Source: Bdellovibrionales bacterium
Lineage (GTDB): Bacteria; Bdellovibrionota; Bdellovibrionia; Bdellovibrionales; JAMPXM01
NCBI GenBank assembly: GCA_043739185.1
Contig: JAYUEN010000311.1
Span: 1-13,175 of the forward strand
DNA: 13,175 nucleotides
Direction: 5' to 3'
Made by a program: the position numbers and the translations under genes. The notes beneath the pieces are model-generated. The model did not search any database and was not told where the DNA came from. It saw only the letters and a list, made by a program, of their open reading frames with translations. Below are positions 7,275 to 13,175 of this stretch, piece after piece. The first letter of the stretch is position 1. Each line of letters begins with the position of its first letter.

Positions 7275-8187
7275 TACCTATCCTAGTTTTTTTGAGTTTC
7301 GATAATTGTTGCTCGAGATCGACAAGAGACTTGAGCTGAAGAACTTCTCTCTTTAATGCAATTGGCTGACAAGCTCTTCCGCCGAGCCAGAACGCAATAT
7401 TTTTAGATAAATTTTTATCTAAGAAATGAATGAATGAATAAAAATCATCTTTGGCGCCTTCATTTTTAGAGACTGTAGAGCCTAAAAGGATATGAGTTGC
7501 ACCGAAGCGACTAGCTGTTTCGCAGAGTTGATCTTTAGGAGTATTTGGGCCAATAAAGATAGAGCAAAGCTTAAGCTGATTCGCGATGGCGTGGCTTGCG
7601 AGAATCCCAAGTTCGTGAAAGTCTCCCTCGGGACTGGCGACTACAATTTTAAATTTAGAGCTTTGATGCCTTGATTGAATTAAGCGGTTTAAATTCTGCT
7701 TGAGCATTGCGGAAAGAATATGTTCTTGTGCGATGCTCAATCTTCCGGAGGCGACTTCGTATCCAATATGTTCAAGTAAAGGCATAAAGAACTCTAAAAT
7801 GGATTCGAGAGGCCTCAATCTTTTGAATACAGCTGCAAGCTGAACCTCTAGTTGGCCCCAATCCTGTAAAGAAAGATTCTTCATTACTTCTTGAATCTCA
7901 GTTTTATTAATTGGTGCAGATGATGGCATTAATTCTGATTCAGACCCCATCATCTTTTTTAATTGGCTCAATTTGAATCCGGCGATATTACTGATCTTAT
8001 GATTCCTCTTGACGAGCTCGCGTAGAAGTATGGCCTTTTGCAAATCTTTTGAATTGTATCTACGCCGACCAGTTTTGGTTCGTACAGGCGCAAATGCCCC
8101 GTACCTAAGCTCCCAGCCCCGAAGCGTGAACTCGGTAATTCCTGTTACATCTACAATTTGACGAAGCGAATATTTAGTTAAACTCAC
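7267..8187 (-). CDS. MerR-family regulator with cobalamin-binding-like domain (CarH/LitR-like)
   Basis: N-terminal MerR HTH (YSLRQIVDVTGITEFTLRGWELRYG..PVRTKTGRRRY), helical cap SIAQEHILS, Rossmann motif PEGDFHELG, IGPNTP and WLGG. Confidence 0.92.
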   Translation of the reverse strand: MSLTKYSLRQIVDVTGITEFTLRGWELRYGAFAPVRTKTGRRRYNSKDLQKAILLRELVKRNHKISNIAGFKLSQLKKMMGSESELMPSSAPINKTEIQEVMKNLSLQDWGQLEVQLAAVFKRLRPLESILEFFMPLLEHIGYEVASGRLSIAQEHILSAMLKQNLNRLIQSRHQSSKFKIVVASPEGDFHELGILASHAIANQLKLCSIFIGPNTPKDQLCETASRFGATHILLGSTVSKNEGAKDDFYSFIHFLDKNLSKNIAFWLGGRACQPIALKREVLQLKSLVDLEQQLSKLKKTRIGND

Positions 8188-8193
8188 AAAGAA

Positions 8194-8244
8194 AGGATAA
8201 CACGCCTGCCTCAGTTTGTATAGAAAAAACTATACAAACATAAT
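8194..8244. promoter_or_regulatory. Overlapping divergent promoters with palindromic operator GTTTGTATAG-N6-CTATACAAAC (8214-8239)
   Basis: Perfect 10-bp arms. Minus strand: TATACA(8222-8217)-N17-TATCCT(8199-8194) with extended TG. Plus strand: TTGTAT(8216-8221)-N17-CATAAT(8239-8244). Confidence 0.75.
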
Positions 8245-8279
8245 TCTCACTGATATCATTGAAAAGTCTGAAATAAAGG

Positions 8280-8399
8280 ATGTATCTTTATGATCAGCTT
8301 GATAATAGGGCGAATTATATTGTGAAGGTATGTGCAATGATTGAGTCGAATTTGGTCGAAAGAGACATAGTGGTTTGCCAACAAGGTAATATTAAATGA
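8280..8399 (+). other. Small ORF (39 aa; 20 aa from ATG 8337) coupled by ATGA overlap to the DUF1295 gene
   Basis: MYLYDQLDNRANYIVKVCAMIESNLVERDIVVCQQGNIK*, with TGA at 8397-8399 overlapping the ATG at 8396. Confidence 0.25.
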
Positions 8400-9181
8400 C
8401 AACTAGTTTGCTCCTTTTTTCTGGCGTCTTAATTGGCATCGTAATTATGTTTTTTTCATGGCGCTTGGCCGTCCGCTTAAATTTTTATAGTCTGGTAGAT
8501 GTTGCCTGGTCATTTGGTGTCGGCCTAATTGCCGTAATATATGGTTTTCTGGGTCAAGGTGAGGTGGGGAGGCGAATGCTGTTTTCCGCCCTGGCATTAG
8601 TGTGGAGTGTGAGACTTGGCACTCATCTCTGGCTAAGGCTTAAGATAAAGTTTCCGGAGGAAGACCTTCGCTACACAAAGATCAAAGATACCTGGCAAGA
8701 ATCAACAAAAAGAAAGTTTTTTTGGTTTTTTCAATTTCAGGCCATAAGCCAGCCAATTCTCTGCATTCCTTTTATGTTAGCTTCACAAAGTGTTTTGCCG
8801 TTAAGTTGGATCGACATCTTAGCCGTAGGCATTAGCTTTGTTGGAGTCATTGGAGAATCCATATCAGACATGCAATTAAAGAAATTCAAAAGCAAATCTC
8901 AAAACAAGGGCCTGGTTTGCGATTCAGGACTTTGGCGCTACTCTAGGCACCCTAACTATTTTTTTGAGTGGATAATTTGGTGCGGCTTCTCGTGTTTTGG
9001 ATTTTCAAACCCCCAAGGCTATCTTTCATTGATTTCGCCTACTCTAATGTTTGTCCTGCTAAACTATGTTACTGGCGTGCCGCCAGCTGAAGAACAGTCC
9101 CTTTCATCAAAGAGAGAGTTTTTTCAAGCCTATCAAAAGCGCACGAACCGCTTTTTTCCGTGGGTTCCGCGTGAAAACTGA
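8396..9181 (+). CDS. DUF1295 family membrane protein (steroid 5-alpha-reductase-like)
   Basis: Multi-TM protein with SLVDVAWS, WSVRLG, EDLRY, GESISDMQL..FK, GLWRYSRHPNYFFEW, TGVP..E and YQKRTNRFFPW. Confidence 0.93.
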   Translation: MTTSLLLFSGVLIGIVIMFFSWRLAVRLNFYSLVDVAWSFGVGLIAVIYGFLGQGEVGRRMLFSALALVWSVRLGTHLWLRLKIKFPEEDLRYTKIKDTWQESTKRKFFWFFQFQAISQPILCIPFMLASQSVLPLSWIDILAVGISFVGVIGESISDMQLKKFKSKSQNKGLVCDSGLWRYSRHPNYFFEWIIWCGFSCFGFSNPQGYLSLISPTLMFVLLNYVTGVPPAEEQSLSSKREFFQAYQKRTNRFFPWVPREN

Positions 9182-10661
9182 AGATTGGGGCATTCATTGG
9201 TTCCGAAGAGATTTGCGAATTCCTGGCAACGAAGCATTAAAGCAGAATTGGAGGCGCAATCAGGCTAAGACTTTGGGCATATTTTGTTTTGATACTAAAT
9301 TTCTTTCGAGATCTGATTTTTCGCACAATCGATTTGCATTTTTTCTGAAAACACTTAAGGCCCTCAAAGAAGATCTTAGAGATCAAGGGGGTGATCTTTT
9401 AGTTGTCGATTGTTCTCCTCAAGAGGCATTTCAAAAAATATTTGAATATTGTAGATCAAAGAAAATAGCTCGCCCTGCACTGATCACCTGGAGTCGTGAT
9501 TATGAACCCTATGCCCGAGCTCGGGATGAGCATTTTGAGAAGTTTTTGGCGGCTGAGGGTATTCCTATCTTTCACTCCCGAGATCACCTACTCTTTGAGC
9601 CCCACGAAATTTTAAAAAGTGATAAATTAAGCGACTTTTATCAGATCTATTCGCCTTTTGCTCGCAAGTGGTTTGATAAGCTTGCAAGTTCTGAAGGAAA
9701 GGACCGACTCAAAGTCCATGACAGGCTTTTTGACTATTACAATCGAAAGGGGCGCATTGCTCGGCTGTTTAAATTGAATTGGTCGGAGATCACAAAGCAT
9801 GGTGATTTCCCTTTTTCTGATAGTCTCGATGATTTTGAAAAAGTTAATAAAAGGCAAGTTACTATTCTTGTGCCCGAAGCAGGTTTTTTTGTCGCTTTTA
9901 AATCTCTTCAGGGCTTTAAATCAAAGCTTAAGACCTACAATGAAAAGAGAGATTTCCCTGCAAGCTCCGGAACATCAAGACTCTCCCTCTATATTAAAAA
10001 TGGAAGTCTAAGTGTTCCCCAAGTGATAAGGGCTTTGGATCTAGATAATTTGAACTGGCAAGAAAAGTCAGGCGCTAGTCAGTTCTTAAAGGAACTCGTT
10101 TGGCGGGAGTTTTACTATTCAATTCTTTTTCACAGGCCTGACGTAGAGAAAAAAAGTTTTCTTTCTCATTACGAAAATATAAAATGGGGAAATAATGAAG
10201 CCTGGTTTACCCGCTGGAAAGAAGGCACAACGGGCTTTCCTATTGTTGACGCCGGGATGAGGGAGCTCTCAACAACAGGCTGGATGCACAATCGCGTGCG
10301 CATGATTGTGGCCTCCTTTTTAACAAAAGATCTATTGATCGATTGGCGATGGGGTGAAAAGCATTTCATGAAAGAGCTTCTCGACGGAGACTTGGCGCCT
10401 AATAATGGTGGCTGGCAATGGGCCGCTTCGACAGGATGCGACCCTCAGCCGTATTTTAGAATCTTCAATCCTTGGCTTCAAAGCGCAAAGTTTGACCTAG
10501 ACGGAAGCTATATCAAAAAATTTGTACCTGAACTGAAGTCTGCGCCAAGCCATGTACTTCATGATCCCGAAGCGGATCGCAGTTCTTGGAATTACCCGAA
10601 GCCTCTCGTCAATCATTCGCAACAAAGAGTAAAGGCGATTCGGCTTTACAAATTCACTTGA
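9171..10661 (+). CDS. phrB: Deoxyribodipyrimidine (CPD) photolyase, cryptochrome/photolyase family
   Basis: WFRRDLR, ELVWREFY, GTTGFPIVDAGMREL, GWMHNRVRMIVASFLTKDL, DWRWGE, DGDLAPNNGGWQWAASTG and PYFRIFNP. The likely start is GTG 9171, just before the conserved N-terminal motif. Confidence 0.96.
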   Translation: MKTEDWGIHWFRRDLRIPGNEALKQNWRRNQAKTLGIFCFDTKFLSRSDFSHNRFAFFLKTLKALKEDLRDQGGDLLVVDCSPQEAFQKIFEYCRSKKIARPALITWSRDYEPYARARDEHFEKFLAAEGIPIFHSRDHLLFEPHEILKSDKLSDFYQIYSPFARKWFDKLASSEGKDRLKVHDRLFDYYNRKGRIARLFKLNWSEITKHGDFPFSDSLDDFEKVNKRQVTILVPEAGFFVAFKSLQGFKSKLKTYNEKRDFPASSGTSRLSLYIKNGSLSVPQVIRALDLDNLNWQEKSGASQFLKELVWREFYYSILFHRPDVEKKSFLSHYENIKWGNNEAWFTRWKEGTTGFPIVDAGMRELSTTGWMHNRVRMIVASFLTKDLLIDWRWGEKHFMKELLDGDLAPNNGGWQWAASTGCDPQPYFRIFNPWLQSAKFDLDGSYIKKFVPELKSAPSHVLHDPEADRSSWNYPKPLVNHSQQRVKAIRLYKFT

Positions 10662-11386
10662 TCTTGAAATTCTTTTAGTATCTGGGCGCGAGTTTTACAA
10701 TTGGCTGGGTTCATAGTAATATTGGGTGGATTCGGATGCTTTGGGTCTCCTACAATTTTAGCTAGATCTATTCTGACGTTGGCTGAGACCAAATCATCTA
10801 AGTGAGAATAAGTTCGAGAGACCAAACGACGTTCGGTTTTTCCGGTCGAGGTTGCAGGATAGTTTTTAAATGTCACATCGATGTGAGTTCGTGAGCCAAA
10901 CGCCACACCATGAGTGGGACAACCGGTGGTATCATCACGGCGCAATTGAAAGCCGGTGAAATCGGTCAGCAAAACAACCGTATCATCACCAACGCAATCC
11001 ACACGAGTCGGCTTCACTTTGTACTGACTTAAATCATTGGCATAGGAAAGAAAACTCAAAGTCTCAACGTAAGTAGCTTTAGTCCACTGACCTTTTTCAA
11101 AAGGGACATGGCCTTTATATTGTGGATAGGCTTCAAGAAGGCCAGCAAGTGATGCGTGCCATGCGATATAGTCATCACCCACCATGTTCAACTGGTCTTT
11201 TGCATTCCACCAAACGAAGGCCTCAAGAAAATCTAAGGCCATCTGACCATTCTTCTCTTGAATCGTGCCCGGAGCGCAAGTTTGCAGTTTATCTAAGTCC
11301 TTTAGATTGAATTCACCGGCAGCAAAGCTTGCGGTTGTACTTAAAATAGTACTTAAAAAAATCAGGGTGTTTAATGTTTTTCTCAT
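10646..11386 (-). CDS. Secreted hypothetical protein, possible NTF2/SnoaL-like fold
   Basis: AAGGAG RBS, signal peptide ending ASFA, ATGA overlap with the upstream gene. Pattern ALDFLEAF..VGDDY..W / GDDTVV / DVTF..LVS..SHLD resembles NTF2-like proteins. 4 Cys. Confidence 0.8.
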   Translation of the reverse strand: MRKTLNTLIFLSTILSTTASFAAGEFNLKDLDKLQTCAPGTIQEKNGQMALDFLEAFVWWNAKDQLNMVGDDYIAWHASLAGLLEAYPQYKGHVPFEKGQWTKATYVETLSFLSYANDLSQYKVKPTRVDCVGDDTVVLLTDFTGFQLRRDDTTGCPTHGVAFGSRTHIDVTFKNYPATSTGKTERRLVSRTYSHLDDLVSANVRIDLAKIVGDPKHPNPPNITMNPANCKTRAQILKEFQDQVNL

Positions 11387-12795
11387 AGGTTCTCCTTAAG
11401 TGAGGTTAATATTTTAAAGCATGAGCTTGAATCGTCTTGTGAGACAATGCATTGCCAAAATTGATTGTGATCAGAAATCCGAGCCGCCGGATTCTTTAGT
11501 CCACGTGATGCATTGATCATGTGAGCTACATAGAGTGACTCTGCTGCCGTCCGGGTACTAATTCTGGGAATAGTTCCAAAATAGCCAAAGTTGATGACAT
11601 TATTGGTGAATGCATTCAAATATTTCTTGGGCACAAAAGGGGTCAAGCCATCCCAATAGATTTTTTCTTCAGAGTCTTGAGTATGTAGCATTTCACGATC
11701 ACGAAGATTTGATGACTGATGGCAGCTTACGCAATTGGTGTTGAAAAAATGTACCTGACTTACTTGATCAATCGTTTCAGCTTTTATTAGGACTTCATTC
11801 GTACGGTGACCAGGAGTTTGATTGAGTTTCATTTCAGCATTGTCTTGAAATATTTCACTCACGATCACGCCCTTAGGACTTAATTCAGCTTTCACGGGGA
11901 GTGGTTTCAGCAGACAAACTGAAAAAATTGTACAATTTAAATCTTCTACTCCGCTGAGAATTTCAGGGTCGCTGCCATTATTAAACTGCTGAGAGAACTC
12001 GGTGACAAATCTCTGCCATCTAGCTTCGCGAACTGTGCCTCCAACAAACTTCCAATGATTGACAGAGGCTCTAATAATTAAGGTGACAATGTCAATTTTG
12101 ACCCCTGGATGCGCGAGAGTCGTCAGTACGGCGGACTTGAGAACGTTCGCAACGGCCTGCATATCCAGGCTCTGTGCTTCGAAAAATAATGAGGGGTGAA
12201 TGGCCAAAGGTAGGCCTGTTGTTTTCAAACTATAATTTGTTAAAGCAGTTTGCTTAGCCAAGGCGAGGGCATCAATAAAAGAATTCCCGGCTGAAGAATT
12301 GAGACTATATAAAAGATGCAATGCAGTCGGGTAGGGAAATCCGAAGTCATTAAATGGCTGCACAACTAATCTCAGTCGAGGCACACAAGCAGGGCCCTTA
12401 CGAACCAGCGAAAATTCATCTTGGTTGCTGGCGGAGTTCATGTCTTTCAAAATCATAGTGTCGCCGCAAGGATCAAAACGCATGCTTGTGACATACCAAT
12501 TTGAGGCTTGCGAAATATTTTTGGCATCGCTATAAGGTAAAGCATCCTGCTTATATTTTTTTTCAAAAGTCAGAACTTGACCAAATATCTCAGTGCTAAT
12601 CAGTGAGTTTGCTACCAAATTTAAAGCCGGCAGTGGTTTGCCATCTTTCAAAGGAAATAAAAAGCTGACATCATTGACGTCAAATCCCTCGGTTAGACCT
12701 GGCAACTCATCTGCATGAGCCAGATGCAAGCCTCCCGGAATCAGTACAAAGAAAAAAAACATTGAAAGTAGGTAGAATGCTTTGAACTTAGTCAT
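11383..12795 (-). CDS. Secreted protein with a single CxxCH motif (putative c-type cytochrome of unknown function)
   Basis: Signal peptide ending LAHA and NCVSCHQ near the C-terminal third. ATG 12795 preferred over TTG 12807. Confidence 0.8.
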   Translation of the reverse strand: MTKFKAFYLLSMFFFFVLIPGGLHLAHADELPGLTEGFDVNDVSFLFPLKDGKPLPALNLVANSLISTEIFGQVLTFEKKYKQDALPYSDAKNISQASNWYVTSMRFDPCGDTMILKDMNSASNQDEFSLVRKGPACVPRLRLVVQPFNDFGFPYPTALHLLYSLNSSAGNSFIDALALAKQTALTNYSLKTTGLPLAIHPSLFFEAQSLDMQAVANVLKSAVLTTLAHPGVKIDIVTLIIRASVNHWKFVGGTVREARWQRFVTEFSQQFNNGSDPEILSGVEDLNCTIFSVCLLKPLPVKAELSPKGVIVSEIFQDNAEMKLNQTPGHRTNEVLIKAETIDQVSQVHFFNTNCVSCHQSSNLRDREMLHTQDSEEKIYWDGLTPFVPKKYLNAFTNNVINFGYFGTIPRISTRTAAESLYVAHMINASRGLKNPAARISDHNQFWQCIVSQDDSSSCFKILTSLKENL

Positions 12796-12814
12796 GAGTA
12801 AATCCAATCAAGAT

Positions 12815-13175
12815 CTAAAATTTAAACAAAACATTTTTTGGAGTGAAGCTTAAAATTGTAACTCCTGTGCTTCCGTCTACTGTGGCAGCGCCATGAATGC
12901 TATTTGCTGGCATCCATATGATATCTCCCTTACAGTATCGATCGACTTCATCTTGAGAGTAGTTGCTTTGCAGGCTCTTGGCCTGAATGAAAGAGCCCGC
13001 CAAGACACAAGTCAGTTCGCCTTCGGGATGCAAGTGGCGAGGAACGGCGACTCCGCTTTTAAACCTTAAAAGTTTGCAAATAGATTCGCTCCCAACTTCA
13101 TTGGATTTCCATAATATTTTGTATCGAATTTGACCGCCAGGAGTAGATGGTGAAATCGCCCAATTTTGATAGTCA
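12815..13175 (-). CDS. Cupin domain protein (ChrR-like cupin), 5'-truncated by window edge
   Basis: Frame is open to the edge: DYQNWAISPSTPGGQIRYKILW..LLRFKSGVAVPRHLHPEGELTCVLAG..GDIIWMPANSIH. Both cupin metal motifs (HxH..E and GD..P..H) are present. Confidence 0.88.
   Translation of the reverse strand, partial: DYQNWAISPSTPGGQIRYKILWKSNEVGSESICKLLRFKSGVAVPRHLHPEGELTCVLAGSFIQAKSLQSNYSQDEVDRYCKGDIIWMPANSIHGAATVDGSTGVTILSFTPKNVLFKF

Noticed and set aside
8245..8395. Cobalamin riboswitch in the long leader
   Set aside because: No B12-box or GGGAA/GCCACTG-type conserved elements were visible and the region is AT-rich.
9066..9170. N-terminal extension of the photolyase from ATG 9066
   Set aside because: It would overlap the DUF1295 gene by 116 nt; the conserved WFRRDLR motif starts just after GTG 9171.
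9171..10661. Cryptochrome or (6-4) photolyase assignment
   Set aside because: WMHNRVRM, ELVWREFY and NNGGWQW match CPD photolyases; there is no (6-4) His pair or Fe-S cysteine set.
452..11310. Short alternative-frame and antisense ORFs (e.g. 2138-2587, 4246-4584, 5490-5780, 9627-9857)
   Set aside because: They lie within or opposite well-supported genes and show no motifs; treated as shadow ORFs.
1..13175. CRISPR array, IS/integrase, phage or defence genes, tRNA/rRNA
   Set aside because: No spaced repeats, transposase/integrase motifs or structural RNA signatures were seen; nearly all of the sequence is explained by CDSs.

Overview
Bacterial, AT-rich accessory/stress region; the gene style (many signal-peptide hypotheticals, a serpin) is suggestive of Bdellovibrionota, but that is inference only. 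Left part: a 5'-truncated cytoplasmic histidine kinase, two hypotheticals, a secreted serpin, dps and a CBS-pair protein. Centre: an apparent light/photo-oxidative stress locus built around a MerR-HTH plus B12-binding (CarH/LitR-like) regulator, with a perfect 10-6-10 palindrome lying over predicted divergent promoters. The leftward operon is regulator, SnoaL/NTF2-like protein, secreted PAP/fibrillin-like protein and COQ8/ABC1-type atypical kinase. The rightward operon is a DUF1295 membrane protein and a CPD photolyase. Right part: a convergent operon (truncated at the edge) of a ChrR-like cupin, a secreted single-CxxCH protein and a secreted NTF2-like protein. The most notable observations are the fibrillin-like plus ABC1-kinase pair (the two core plastoglobule families) under a putative B12 photosensor, and the non-canonical cofactor pocket of that sensor. 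No rRNA, tRNA, CRISPR array or mobile element was seen.
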